64,000 bases of DNA. Origin: Elusimicrobiota bacterium (GTDB taxonomy: Bacteria > Elusimicrobiota > Elusimicrobia > F11). The stretch is from the NCBI GenBank assembly GCA_044221725.1, contig JBGAON010000003.1, positions 288,001 to 352,000 on the forward strand, given 5' to 3'. How positions within the stretch are numbered: position 1 is the stretch's first letter; every line of letters begins with the position of its first letter. Below the pieces are notes generated by a model. That model was given only the letters and a program-made list of their open reading frames with translations, was not told the DNA's origin and did not search any database. A program made the position numbers and the translations under genes. Positions 19,501 through 29,817 of the stretch are shown here, in pieces.

Positions 19501-20217
19501 ATGAAACCAGCAAAAGCCGCGAAATCCGTCGACGTTCATCAGCTCTCCACCTTCTTACGGGGCGTCGAGCTTTTAAATGGTTTGTCGGCCGAAGATTTGT
19601 TGCGCGTGGCGCAAATGTGCCAATTGGTCAAATTTCGGCGCGCGGAGCGGATTTTCACCGAGAAGCAACCGGGCGCCTGTTTGTACGTGGTGATGGCCGG
19701 TCGCGTAAAGATTTTTGGTTCGTCGATTCAAGGCCGATCGAAAACGTTTGCCTACTTGGAGCCAGGAGATTTTTTTGGAGAGATGTCCCTGATCGATGAT
19801 GATGTTCGTTCCGCCTCGGCGGCGGCGCTGGAAGATTCGGTGCTCATCATGCTGAAGAGCGACGACTATCGAAAACTCATGCTGTCCCGTCCGGCTATCG
19901 CGCTTGCCGTTTTAAAAACGCTCGCCCTGCGCCTGCGCCGCGCAAACAAAGAGATCGAAGCGCTTTCGTTTAACAATGTGCTTGGCCGAATCGCTCAAAT
20001 TTTGCTCGACTTGGCGGACCGTTATGGCAAAAAAACCGACGAAGGCATTCGCATCGAAATGGAATTGTCCCACAAAGAACTCGCCGAAATGGCCGGCACG
20101 GCCCGCGAAGTGATCAGTCGCGTGATCTCGCGATTCCGGCGTATTGGTTGCGTCAACTTTTTCGACAACAAACTCATCATCACCGACCACAACAAGCTAA
20201 AAAGCTGGATTTTCTAA
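19501..20217 (+). CDS. Crp/Fnr family transcriptional regulator
   Basis: FGEMSL...RSASA cNMP pocket; HTH ELAEMAGTAREVISR. Confidence 0.92.
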   Translation: MKPAKAAKSVDVHQLSTFLRGVELLNGLSAEDLLRVAQMCQLVKFRRAERIFTEKQPGACLYVVMAGRVKIFGSSIQGRSKTFAYLEPGDFFGEMSLIDDDVRSASAAALEDSVLIMLKSDDYRKLMLSRPAIALAVLKTLALRLRRANKEIEALSFNNVLGRIAQILLDLADRYGKKTDEGIRIEMELSHKELAEMAGTAREVISRVISRFRRIGCVNFFDNKLIITDHNKLKSWIF

Positions 20218-20223
20218 AGATTC

Positions 20224-21477
20224 ATGACAGCCTCCATTCAAGTCCCGAAAGGGACGCGTGATATCACCGGCAGCGAAGTCATCGCCTTCCAAGAACTCGA
20301 AGCGGTCGCTCGCTCGACGTTTCACTTGTTTCAATTCTCCGAATTGCGAACGCCGATCTTTGAAGCGGTCGAACTTTTCTCGCGTTCGCTCGGCGAGACG
20401 TCCGACGTCGTCGAGAAAGAAATGTTCACGTTCACGGACCGCGGCGAACGCACGTTTGCGCTACGTCCCGAAGGAACTGCCGGTGTTGTGCGGCACTACA
20501 TCGAAAACAATTTGGCTGTGAAAGGCGGGGCGCAACGGTTCTTTTACGTTGGACCTATGTTTCGCGCCGAACGTCCGCAGGCCGGGCGTTACCGTCAGTT
20601 TTGGCAAATCGGCAGCGAACATTTCGGTCCATCGGATGCCGCGGCCGACGCGGACACAGTGGTGATGATCGCGAAGATTCTTAAGGATTTTGGTCTTTCA
20701 AATTTTACCGTCGAGGTGAATTCTATTGGGTGCAGCAATTGCCGACCGAAACACCGCGAAGCGTTGCTCGCCTATCTGAAGTCAAAAGAAAGCGAATTAA
20801 CAGAGGAGTCGCGTCGCCGCATGAACGTGAACCCGTTGCGCGTTCTGGATTCGAAAGTGGACGGACCGAAGCTGGGCGGTGCCCCAGTGATCACCGATTT
20901 TCTCTGCGTCGATTGCCGTGCGCACCACGATACGTTTCTCGAGCTGTTAAGAAATTCAGCGCTTCCGTTCCGCGAGAATCCACGGCTTGTACGCGGTCTC
21001 GACTATTACACACGCAGTGTTTTCGAATTCGTATCGCCCGATTTGGGCGCGCAAAGCGCGCTTGCCGCCGGGGGCCGCTACGACGATCTTGTGGCGCACC
21101 TTGGCGGGCAGTCGACCCCCGCTGTCGGGTTTGCTCTTGGGATGGACCGCGTTGTCGGTGCGCGAGCGGCGCACGCGGCCGAAACAAAAAACGGTCAACA
21201 ACCGATTGCCGTCGCAATTCCGCTCATGAAAGAAGCGGTCTCGATTTGTTTCTCGATCGCACAAACGCTGCGATCAAAAGGAATCTCTGTGCCGCCCGTC
21301 ACCGCTGCGAAGAAGCTCAAGAACCAATTAGCAAACGCCGTTGACATCGGCGCCAACTGGGCTATCCTTATTGGCGAAGATGAAATCAAGGCAAAACAAG
21401 TGACGGTGAAAAATTTGTCGACCCGTGAACAAACCCAAATCGCCGAAGAAAAGTTGATTTCCTTCCTGAAAGGGTAG
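20224..21477 (+). CDS. hisS: Histidine--tRNA ligase
   Basis: LRPEGTA, FRAERPQAGRYRQF, LVRGLDYY and AGGRYD. Confidence 0.96.
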   Translation: MTASIQVPKGTRDITGSEVIAFQELEAVARSTFHLFQFSELRTPIFEAVELFSRSLGETSDVVEKEMFTFTDRGERTFALRPEGTAGVVRHYIENNLAVKGGAQRFFYVGPMFRAERPQAGRYRQFWQIGSEHFGPSDAAADADTVVMIAKILKDFGLSNFTVEVNSIGCSNCRPKHREALLAYLKSKESELTEESRRRMNVNPLRVLDSKVDGPKLGGAPVITDFLCVDCRAHHDTFLELLRNSALPFRENPRLVRGLDYYTRSVFEFVSPDLGAQSALAAGGRYDDLVAHLGGQSTPAVGFALGMDRVVGARAAHAAETKNGQQPIAVAIPLMKEAVSICFSIAQTLRSKGISVPPVTAAKKLKNQLANAVDIGANWAILIGEDEIKAKQVTVKNLSTREQTQIAEEKLISFLKG

Positions 21478-21479
21478 AC

Positions 21480-22349
21480 GTGCTCGGCACGTATCACATG
21501 GGCGCGCTGTTGGAAGCGCTCTCGGATATCCACCATCTGCACGAGGAAGGATTGCTTTACGCGTTTGTGCTGAACCGTTGCAGCGACGTGTTAAAAGCGC
21601 AAGGCGGCACGTTCTTCTCGGTGCGCGAAGAAGAAGGCGAACTTTACCCCGAAGCGACGAAAGGCGTCGCGTTGTCGTTGATCCGCGAAATCCCGTTCAA
21701 AATGAAACTCGGGATTGCCGGTTGGGTCGCTTCGAACCGAAAACCCGCAATCGTGGAGAATGCACAGGCCGATGAACGGTTCAATCGCGCGGTCGATGTG
21801 ATCACCGGCGTGCGCACCCGCTCAGTTCTCTGCGTGCCGATAACACGCAAGGATGAATTGCTCGGCGTGGTCGAACTGGTTAACCGCGTGGATGGCGTGT
21901 TTCGCGAAGCGGATCTTGAATTTTTGCAGCACCTTGGAAATCAAGTCGGCGTGGCGCTCGAGAATTGCCGTTTGTATCAAAACACCGAAAATTTGCTCAC
22001 CTACACGAACAGTGTGATTAACAGCTTGACCGGCGGATTTATTTCAACCGATTTGAAAGGCAACGTCACGCGCTGCAACAACGCTGCGTGTCGCATTCTC
22101 GGTGTTTCGTTGGAAGATGTGATCAACAAACCGCTGCTCAAAGCACTGCCGAACTATCCGGCGTTTGCGGCCATTCTCGAGGTTACACAGAAGCATCAAA
22201 CGAGCGTGACGCGCCAGGAAATCGGTTTGCAAAAACCCGATGGATCCACGATGATCGTCGGTTACAGTACGTTTCTCATTCGCGACGACAATCAACTCCA
22301 CGGCGCCGCAATTATTTTTCAAGACCTCACCAACCTCAAAAAGAAGTAA
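21480..22349 (+). CDS. Stand-alone GAF-PAS domain protein
   Basis: GAF GIAGWVA...VELVNR...F..AD; PAS ending IIFQDLT; stop follows within a few residues. Confidence 0.8.
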   Translation: MLGTYHMGALLEALSDIHHLHEEGLLYAFVLNRCSDVLKAQGGTFFSVREEEGELYPEATKGVALSLIREIPFKMKLGIAGWVASNRKPAIVENAQADERFNRAVDVITGVRTRSVLCVPITRKDELLGVVELVNRVDGVFREADLEFLQHLGNQVGVALENCRLYQNTENLLTYTNSVINSLTGGFISTDLKGNVTRCNNAACRILGVSLEDVINKPLLKALPNYPAFAAILEVTQKHQTSVTRQEIGLQKPDGSTMIVGYSTFLIRDDNQLHGAAIIFQDLTNLKKK

Positions 22350-22353
22350 AAAA

Positions 22354-22382
22354 CGTCGCCCCGGCCCGCCGGGATGACGAAT
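22354..22382. repeat. Intergenic hairpin / GTCATCCCGG-type repeat remnant
   Basis: CGTC-gc-CCCGGC-cc-GCCGGG-at-GACG hairpin; 22369-22382 is the exact reverse complement of 35286-35299. Confidence 0.45.
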
Positions 22383-22386
22383 CAAC

Positions 22387-24042
22387 ATGAATAAAAATAC
22401 GGCACTTACGTGCGACTTCCTTATTATTGGATCCGGCTTGGCCGGTTTGTCGACAGCGCTTAAGCTCGCGCCGCATGGGCGTGTGCTGTTGCTGACGAAA
22501 GACACATTGGAAGACGGCGCCACCGAATACGCCCAGGGCGGTATTGCGGCGGTGACAGAGAAAAGCGATTCGTTTGCCTCGCACGTGAACGATACGCTGT
22601 CCGCGGGCGCTGGCCTGTGCGACAAACGTGTTGTTGAAATGGTCGTGACCGAAGGTCCGGCGCGCGTTCAGGAATTGATTCAGCAAGGCGTTCGTTTTTC
22701 GCTGCGCGAAACGTCGGGCGATGCGCCCGAAACGTTCGCTCTCGGTTTGGAGGGCGGCCATTCGCATCGGCGTATACTTCACGTCGCAGACCGTACCGGA
22801 CGCGAAATTCATCGCACGCTGATCGCGCGGGTTAGAGAATCTTCGCGCATCAAAGTTCTTGAAGGCCATTTTGCGGTCGATTTGCTTTCGACGCGGCATC
22901 AGGACTTGGGTGCGTTGAATGCCTGCCTTGGCGCTTATGTGCTGGACCGCAAAACTCGAAAAGTCCGTACCGTGCTCGCCGGTGTGACCATTCTCGCGAC
23001 CGGCGGCGCCGGCAAAACGTATTTGTACACATCGAACCCTGACGTCGCGACCGGCGACGGTATGGCGATGGCGTTCCGCGCGGGCGTGCCGCTGGCGAAT
23101 ATGGAATTCGTGCAGTTCCATCCGACGTGTCTTTACCACCCATACGCAAAATCATTTTTGATCAGCGAAGCTGTGCGGGGGGAAGGCGGCGTCTTGCGAC
23201 TTCGCTCCGGCGAAGAATTCATGAAGCGTTACAGCGTGCAAAAAGAATTGGCGCCGCGCGACGTGGTCGCTCGCGCGATCGACAAAGAGCTCAAGAAGCG
23301 CGGTGAGGATTGCGTTTATTTGGATATTCGACATCGCAAGCCACAATTTATCCGCAAGAGATTTCCAGCGATCTACAAGAAGTGCAAACAATTCGGCATT
23401 GATATCACGAAGCAACCGATCCCGGTGGTGCCGGCCGCCCATTATTTTTGTGGCGGCGTCAAAGTTGACGAATGGGGGCAAACGAATTTGCCTCGATTGT
23501 TTGCGGTGGGTGAGGTGACGTACACCGGACTTCACGGCGCCAACCGGCTCGCCTCGAACTCGCTGCTCGAATGTGCGGTGTTTGCGCATCGGGTGGCACT
23601 CAAAGCGCAGCAAGTGGCAAAGAAGCCGCTGCCAAAGATTTCGGTCCCCAATTGGAACCCGGGCCAAGCGCGCGACCCGGATGAGCAAGTGGTGATTTCC
23701 CAAAACTGGGACGAAATTCGTCGCGTCATGTGGAATTATGTGGGTATTGAGCGTACGGACAAACGTCTCGCGCGCGCGTTACGTCGAGTCGAACTTTTGA
23801 AACAAGAGATTCAAGAGTATTACTGGGATTTCCACGTTACAGCCGAACTCCTCGAGTTGCGAAACTTGGCCACGGTGGGAGAACTGGTGATCCGTTCGGC
23901 GCTCGCACGCCAAGAAAGTCGCGGTCTGCATTTTAATTGCGATCATCCGAAGCGCAGTGATGCCCATTGGCGCCGCACCTCCACGATCAGCCGCAGTCCT
24001 CTCCCCAGCGAATCACCAATTATCACGTTCGACAAAATCTAA
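22387..24042 (+). CDS. nadB: L-aspartate oxidase
   Basis: GSGLAG, AQGGIAA, EGGHS, QFHPT, PAAHY and [16 protein letters not shown]. Confidence 0.95.
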   Translation: MNKNTALTCDFLIIGSGLAGLSTALKLAPHGRVLLLTKDTLEDGATEYAQGGIAAVTEKSDSFASHVNDTLSAGAGLCDKRVVEMVVTEGPARVQELIQQGVRFSLRETSGDAPETFALGLEGGHSHRRILHVADRTGREIHRTLIARVRESSRIKVLEGHFAVDLLSTRHQDLGALNACLGAYVLDRKTRKVRTVLAGVTILATGGAGKTYLYTSNPDVATGDGMAMAFRAGVPLANMEFVQFHPTCLYHPYAKSFLISEAVRGEGGVLRLRSGEEFMKRYSVQKELAPRDVVARAIDKELKKRGEDCVYLDIRHRKPQFIRKRFPAIYKKCKQFGIDITKQPIPVVPAAHYFCGGVKVDEWGQTNLPRLFAVGEVTYTGLHGANRLASNSLLECAVFAHRVALKAQQVAKKPLPKISVPNWNPGQARDPDEQVVISQNWDEIRRVMWNYVGIERTDKRLARALRRVELLKQEIQEYYWDFHVTAELLELRNLATVGELVIRSALARQESRGLHFNCDHPKRSDAHWRRTSTISRSPLPSESPIITFDKI

Positions 24043-24093
24043 GCCGCACTTGAATTTCATAGAGGTTCTGAGCATGCTTGAAGGGATCTTCCT

Positions 24094-24702
24094 ATGAGAA
24101 AAATCTTCCTTCTTTGCGTGTTTGTGTGTGCTCCGCTCGTGCTTCACGCCGACAACGACGCCCTGCGCCGACTCGCTCGAGATTTCGGAAAGAAACTGCA
24201 GCCGTTGCACAAACCGCGCGTGGCGTTGTTGCCGTTTCCGTACCACAACGGAAAAATTTCGAGCGGATCTTCAATTCTTTGCGAGCGGCTCACCACGTAC
24301 ATGGCCGAGACGAAAAAGGTGCGCGTGATTGAGCGCAATCTCATAAAAAAACTTTTGGAAGAGCAGCATTTGTCGGAAACCGGTGTTGTGGACGCGTCCG
24401 CCGCGCAGAAGATCGGCAAGGTGGTCGGCGTCGATGTGATTATCACTGGAACATTGAACGATTTCGGTGAAAACGAAACCGAATTGAACGCGCGCGCGCT
24501 CGAGGCGGCGTCTGGCGAAGTTGTGGCTGCTGGGCGCGTCGTGGTCGAACGCGAATGGCAGGACCGTCCTCGCTCACCGAAGCCAATCGCGCCAATTGTC
24601 GTACAGGAGGACGAAGACGAAGAGAGAGCGGTTCCCAACGAGGCGATTGAAATCGGATTCCCGGGGGGTCGCGGCGGACCAGCTCCACGCCGCGGGCGTT
24701 AA
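24094..24702 (+). CDS. FlgO/CsgG-like exported protein (paralogue 1)
   Basis: Signal peptide; VALLPF...VIERNLIKKLLEEQ...GVDVIITGT...LNAR pattern. Confidence 0.7.
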   Translation: MRKIFLLCVFVCAPLVLHADNDALRRLARDFGKKLQPLHKPRVALLPFPYHNGKISSGSSILCERLTTYMAETKKVRVIERNLIKKLLEEQHLSETGVVDASAAQKIGKVVGVDVIITGTLNDFGENETELNARALEAASGEVVAAGRVVVEREWQDRPRSPKPIAPIVVQEDEDEERAVPNEAIEIGFPGGRGGPAPRRGR

Positions 24703-24707
24703 CCGCA

Positions 24708-25520
24708 ATGGGCTACAGGACGTACGCGTCCATGACGTTCGGTATGTTCCTTCTGATGCCAAGTGTATCCCACGCCGATGAATTTTCTCAGTTGGCCAAA
24801 GACCTCGCACAAGGCGCATCCGAATTGAAATACAAGAAAGTCGCCGTGCTGACGTTTCCCTATCACGATGGGCGTATGTCGAGCGGTTCGTCCATCGTAT
24901 CCGAGCGCCTGACCACCGACCTCGTCGGAAAGAAAAAACTTCGCGTCATTGAACGCCGGCTCATCGAGCAACTGTTGACCGAGAAGAAATTGAGCGAAGA
25001 GGGTGTGGTGAATCAGGAGAATCTGAAAACACTCGGCACCGTGCTCGATGTGGACGCTATCGTCACCGGAACCTTGATCGATCTCGAAAACAACCGTACA
25101 GAAATAAATGCGCGAATGATTCGTTCGGACTCGGGAGAAGTTCTGTCGGTTGGACAAGTGATTGTTGACCGAACGTGGAAAGACGAACCAGTTTCTCCAC
25201 GCCCGGCGGCGAAAATAAAGCGTGTTGCGGCCTCGCCCGCGCCAGCACCGGCGCCGCCACCATTGTTGGATGACATCGATCCATCCAGCGCGAAATCACC
25301 GGTTAAACTTTCGAACGAGAGTTTCCCGCCGAGCCGCCGCATTTATCACACGGTCGGTTATGGCGAGCCGAAAAAGAAACCGGAAATCGAAAAGATGTCG
25401 CCGGGGCGCGACGATCAAGACCACGAAAAGGTCGAAGAACCCATCGTCATTCGCAACGAGACGAAGCAAAAAGAAGCACCTACAAAACCCCCACCACCAC
25501 CGCCCGGCCGTCGTCGATAG
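24708..25520 (+). CDS. FlgO/CsgG-like exported protein (paralogue 2) with Pro-rich tail
   Basis: Same pattern as the upstream gene (FPYHDGRMSSGSSIVSERLTT); low-complexity Pro/Lys/Glu tail. Confidence 0.7.
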   Translation: MGYRTYASMTFGMFLLMPSVSHADEFSQLAKDLAQGASELKYKKVAVLTFPYHDGRMSSGSSIVSERLTTDLVGKKKLRVIERRLIEQLLTEKKLSEEGVVNQENLKTLGTVLDVDAIVTGTLIDLENNRTEINARMIRSDSGEVLSVGQVIVDRTWKDEPVSPRPAAKIKRVAASPAPAPAPPPLLDDIDPSSAKSPVKLSNESFPPSRRIYHTVGYGEPKKKPEIEKMSPGRDDQDHEKVEEPIVIRNETKQKEAPTKPPPPPPGRRR

Positions 25521-25551
25521 CCAAGATCGTTTTTCTTTGTAAGATTCCGCG

Positions 25552-26100
25552 GTGACGATCGATAGAGTTTTCGATGTTGTATCCGAAGATTTCGGCAAAG
25601 GAAAAATTCCGTGCGTGGTTATTGGTGGTATCGCGGTTAATTTTCATAAGTACGCGCGGCAAACGACCGACGTCGATTTCATGCTTTGCAAAGAGGATTT
25701 TTCGCGTGCCAAACAGAGTCTGGAAAAACGCGGCTATTCGCTTTGGCATGAGCAAGATACCTTTGCCCAATTCCGAACGAACGACAAATCTTTGGCCGAT
25801 GTTGATTTGATGTTTGTCGATAAAGCAACGCTCGACGAAATCTTAAAAGATGCGCAAGAGCTTAACGTTCGAGGAAAAATATATTGGGTCCCCTCGTTAA
25901 AAAATCTGATGGCGCTTAAATTGCATTCGAGCAAGGGAAGCAAATTTCGAGAATTGAAAGATTTGTTGGATATCGTTTTATTGGTGAAAGCCAATAATGT
26001 CGATGTGAATTCCCAGGAATTTCGAGCGTTGTGCGTGAAATATGGGAATGACGAGCTTTATAAAAAAATAGTTGAGCATTTGCCCACGAGCGAAAAATGA
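25552..26100 (+). CDS. Nucleotidyltransferase (DUF6036/AbiEii-like superfamily)
   Basis: VIGGIAV...RQTTDVD, LMALKL and KDLLDI motifs; AT-richer than flanks. Confidence 0.72.
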   Translation: MTIDRVFDVVSEDFGKGKIPCVVIGGIAVNFHKYARQTTDVDFMLCKEDFSRAKQSLEKRGYSLWHEQDTFAQFRTNDKSLADVDLMFVDKATLDEILKDAQELNVRGKIYWVPSLKNLMALKLHSSKGSKFRELKDLLDIVLLVKANNVDVNSQEFRALCVKYGNDELYKKIVEHLPTSEK

Positions 26101-26291
26101 GTGATTTGAATCTTCCTACCATTAAGAATGATTTTTTGCCGCCGCCGGCCAAGGATATGAATGAAATTTTCGAGTTTTTGAAATTTCCTTTTGAGAACAA
26201 TTTAATCGACCTTTCGGCTGTTCGTCTTCAAAAGGAATTGATGCGTTTCGACGTGCCTTTCGTCATAGAACCGTCGAGAAAAGCTGCCTAA
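26097..26291 (+). CDS. Small hypothetical protein coupled to the nucleotidyltransferase
   Basis: 64-codon ORF with ATGA overlap. Confidence 0.55.
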   Translation: MSDLNLPTIKNDFLPPPAKDMNEIFEFLKFPFENNLIDLSAVRLQKELMRFDVPFVIEPSRKAA

Positions 26292-26325
26292 CAATTCGAA
26301 AATCTTTGATATATTGCTCGCTCCC

Positions 26326-29154
26326 ATGGAAGAGAACATCGTTGTACGTGGGGCGCGGACACACAACCTCAAGAACCTAACCCTCCGTATCCCTCGCAAT
26401 AAACTCGTGGTCGTCACCGGCTTGTCGGGTTCCGGAAAATCGTCGTTGGCGTTCGATACGCTGTACGCTGAAGGTCAGCGTCGCTACGTCGAGTCGCTGT
26501 CCGCTTACGCGCGTCAATTCTTGGACGTTATGGACAAGCCCGACGTGGACGTCATCGAAGGATTATCGCCCGCGATTGCGATTGAACAGCGAACGCCCAG
26601 TCACAACCCGCGCTCGACGGTGGGCACCGTCACCGAAATTTACGATTACCTGCGGCTGCTTTACGCGCGTGTTGGAACACCGCACTGTCCGAGTTGCGGG
26701 AAAGTCATTCGTCCGCAATCAGCCCAGCAAATCATCCAAGATGTGGCGGCGCTCCCGGAAGGAACGCAAGTGACCGTGCTCGCGCCTCTCGTTCGCGGAC
26801 GCAAAGGAACTTACGAGGAATTGTTCAAACGTTACGCGCAAAACGGATACGTGCGGGTGCGCGTGAACGGAAAAATTTACCGACTCGAAGAGAAGATTTC
26901 GCTCGATCGTTACAAAAAGCACGACATCGAACTGGTGGTCGACCGTGTGCTCATCAACAAAGAAAACCGTGACCGGTTGGCCGATTCGATCGAAACCGCG
27001 TTGCGCGAAGCGCGCGGTCTGCTGATGACGGAAATTCCCAAAGACGGCGTGAAGCTGTACAGCGAACATCATTCGTGCCCCGATTGCGGAATTTCGCTTC
27101 CGGAAATCGAACCTCGTCTGTTTTCGTTCAATAGTCCGTACGGCGCGTGTCCCGACTGCGATGGTCTCGGTTCGCAGGTGAAAGTGACGGAGGATTTGGT
27201 TGTACAGGATCCTGATAAATCCGTCGATGAGGGGGCGCTTACCGCGTGGTCGGATCCGGTCACGACACGAACGAACCGCTGGAAAAATTCTTGGGCGTCC
27301 TATTATGAAGACATTTTGTCTGGCGTTGCGCGCCGCAACGGAATTTCGTTGTCGACACCGTGGAAAGATTTGTCGAAGCCGCAAAAGAAAATGTTGCTGT
27401 ACGGTGACGGTGAGTTTGAAGGTGTGATTAACAATTTGGAGAGGCGCTACCGCGAAACCGAATCCGAGTTTGTGAAGGAAGAAATCCAAGACCGGTTTAT
27501 GTCTCGGCGCGAATGTCCCGGTTGCCACGGGGCGCGGCTCAAGCCCGAAGCACTCGCGGTAAAAATTGGCGGACTATCGATATCCGATTTGTGTTCGAAA
27601 GACGTGAAGGATACAGAGAAATTTTTTGAATCGCTGCCATTGTCGGATCGCGACAAGACGATCGCGCGGCAAATTCTTCAAGAGATCACGTCGCGCCTCA
27701 ATTTTCTTGTGCGCGTTGGCTTGGACTACGTGACGCTAAACCGCGAGAGCGCCACGTTGGCCGGAGGAGAAGCGCAGCGCATTCATTTGGCCACGCAGAT
27801 TGGCGCCGGTTTGGTGGGCGTGTTGTACGTGTTGGATGAACCGACCATCGGCCTTCACCCGCGCGACAACACGCGTTTGCTCACCACGCTGGCGCGCCTA
27901 CGCGATGCGGGGAATACGTTGGTGGTCGTCGAACACGACGAAGAAACCATTCGGATGGCCGATTGGCTGATTGATTTGGGCCCCGGCGCCGGTGTGCACG
28001 GAGGGGAAATTGTCGCCGAAGGAACACCGGCCGAAGTCCTTAAGAATATGAAGTCTTTGACGGCGCAATATCTTGAAGGCGGAAAAACCATTCAAGTGCC
28101 CGAGAAACGGCGCGCGCCAGGCAAAGAATGGCTCTCGATTTTTGGTGCGCAGCAATTCAATTTGAAAAATATCGACGTGAAAATTCCGCTCGGTGTGTTT
28201 GTCGCAGTGACCGGCGTTTCGGGTTCCGGAAAATCGACGTTCGTGCACGAAATTCTGCACAAGGGTTTGGCGAAGATTTTGCACGGTGCGAAAGACGAGC
28301 CCGGCAAGCACAAAGCCATCAAAGGTCTCGAGTTTCTCGATAAAGCAATTGTTGTCGATCAAGATCCCATTGGCCGCACGCCGCGTTCGAATCCGGCGAC
28401 GTACACGGGCGCGTACGCGCCGATTCGCGAGTTGTTTGCACAAGTACCCGAGGCGAAACGTCGCGGTTTTGGTCCGGGTCGGTTCTCGTTCAACGTAAAA
28501 GGCGGACGCTGCGAAAACTGTCAGGGTGACGGCACGCTAAAAATTTCGATGCAATTTTTGCCGGACGTTTATGTGATCTGCGACGTATGCAAAGGGGCGC
28601 GCTTCAACGACGATACGTTGGCCATTAAATACAAAGGGAAATCCATCGCTCAAGTTCTCGATATGACGATCGAGGAAGCGTCGGATTTTTTCTCAGCGAT
28701 TCCCTACGTTGTCCGGATTTTGAAAACGCTGACGGACGTGGGGCTTGGCTATATGAAACTCGGGCAGCCCGCGACCACGTTGTCGGGTGGTGAGGCGCAG
28801 CGCGTGAAACTGGCGACCGAGCTATCGAGACGCGCAACGGGCCGCACGCTCTATATTTTGGATGAACCGACAACCGGGCTCCATTTTGCCGATGTCGATA
28901 AACTTTTGCACGTGTTGCACCGCTTGGTCGACGCCGGGAATACCGTGGTGGTGATCGAACACAACTTGGACGTAATAAAAACCGCGGATTGGTTGATCGA
29001 CTTGGGCCCCGAAGGCGGTGACCGGGGAGGTGAGCTCGTTGCGGCCGGTACGCCGGAAGATGTTGCCGAAAATAAAGTGTCTCACACGGCGCGGTATCTG
29101 TTGCCTCTCGTCAAACCCCGCCGCAATTACGATATAATCCCGGCCTCTCTGTAA
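26326..29154 (+). CDS. uvrA: Excinuclease ABC subunit A
   Basis: GARTHNLKN; two Walker A motifs ([16 protein letters not shown]); zinc fingers; LSGGEAQR. Confidence 0.97.
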   Translation: MEENIVVRGARTHNLKNLTLRIPRNKLVVVTGLSGSGKSSLAFDTLYAEGQRRYVESLSAYARQFLDVMDKPDVDVIEGLSPAIAIEQRTPSHNPRSTVGTVTEIYDYLRLLYARVGTPHCPSCGKVIRPQSAQQIIQDVAALPEGTQVTVLAPLVRGRKGTYEELFKRYAQNGYVRVRVNGKIYRLEEKISLDRYKKHDIELVVDRVLINKENRDRLADSIETALREARGLLMTEIPKDGVKLYSEHHSCPDCGISLPEIEPRLFSFNSPYGACPDCDGLGSQVKVTEDLVVQDPDKSVDEGALTAWSDPVTTRTNRWKNSWASYYEDILSGVARRNGISLSTPWKDLSKPQKKMLLYGDGEFEGVINNLERRYRETESEFVKEEIQDRFMSRRECPGCHGARLKPEALAVKIGGLSISDLCSKDVKDTEKFFESLPLSDRDKTIARQILQEITSRLNFLVRVGLDYVTLNRESATLAGGEAQRIHLATQIGAGLVGVLYVLDEPTIGLHPRDNTRLLTTLARLRDAGNTLVVVEHDEETIRMADWLIDLGPGAGVHGGEIVAEGTPAEVLKNMKSLTAQYLEGGKTIQVPEKRRAPGKEWLSIFGAQQFNLKNIDVKIPLGVFVAVTGVSGSGKSTFVHEILHKGLAKILHGAKDEPGKHKAIKGLEFLDKAIVVDQDPIGRTPRSNPATYTGAYAPIRELFAQVPEAKRRGFGPGRFSFNVKGGRCENCQGDGTLKISMQFLPDVYVICDVCKGARFNDDTLAIKYKGKSIAQVLDMTIEEASDFFSAIPYVVRILKTLTDVGLGYMKLGQPATTLSGGEAQRVKLATELSRRATGRTLYILDEPTTGLHFADVDKLLHVLHRLVDAGNTVVVIEHNLDVIKTADWLIDLGPEGGDRGGELVAAGTPEDVAENKVSHTARYLLPLVKPRRNYDIIPASL

Positions 29155-29238
29155 CCCGCGCGTCGTGTTTTTACATCGTCGCAAAACGGAAAATTTCTTA
29201 TGAGAATCAAGGGCGAGAAGCCCGCAAGGAGGAGTAAA

Positions 29239-29817
29239 GTGAAGAATCGTTTCAGTATTTCTATGTTGGTGATGTTTTTGGCGGCTGCGTTTGCATTGAC
29301 GGGTTGCCCGCCGAAAAACAAATTGGCCATTGATGAGAAAGCAAAAGAAGAAAAGCCCGCCGAAGAAGTGAAGACCGACGAAAACGCCCTGTCGAAAGAA
29401 TTGCAGCCCGGCGATGTCCAGATTCAACAAGACTGGACCGAAATTCCGAGCCTGCAATTGGTGCCGTTCGGTTACGATTCCGCAAACATTGATGATGCGG
29501 CCCGCGCAGCGCTAAAGGCGAACGTGGCTCTCATTAAAAAACTTCCGAAAACCGTGGTGGTTCGCGTTGAAGGACATTGCGACGACCGTGGTACCGTCGA
29601 ATACAATATCGCTCTCGGTCAGCGCCGCGCGAACGCCGTGAAATCGTATTACGCGACGGCCGGCATTGCAAAATCCCGACTCGACACCATTTCGTTTGGC
29701 GAAGAGCGTCCGCTTTGCAACGAAGAAACCGACGCCTGCTGGGCCCGCAATCGCCGCGGCGTCACGAAATTGAAAAACGCCGAAGCGATTGTTATCAAAG
29801 CTGATCAATTGAAATGA
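29239..29817 (+). CDS. pal: Peptidoglycan-associated lipoprotein (OmpA family)
   Basis: Lipobox LTGC; EGHCDDRGTVEYNIALGQRRA; AGGAGG SD before the GTG start. Confidence 0.92.
   Translation: MKNRFSISMLVMFLAAAFALTGCPPKNKLAIDEKAKEEKPAEEVKTDENALSKELQPGDVQIQQDWTEIPSLQLVPFGYDSANIDDAARAALKANVALIKKLPKTVVVRVEGHCDDRGTVEYNIALGQRRANAVKSYYATAGIAKSRLDTISFGEERPLCNEETDACWARNRRGVTKLKNAEAIVIKADQLK

Noticed and set aside
22336..27528. Long antisense ORFs opposite nadB and uvrA (e.g. 22336-23139, 26719-27528)
   Set aside because: Shadow ORFs expected from codon bias opposite conserved genes; no motifs
29155..29238. Riboswitch in the pal leader
   Set aside because: Only a short GGGC-GAGAA-GCCC hairpin; no recognisable riboswitch consensus
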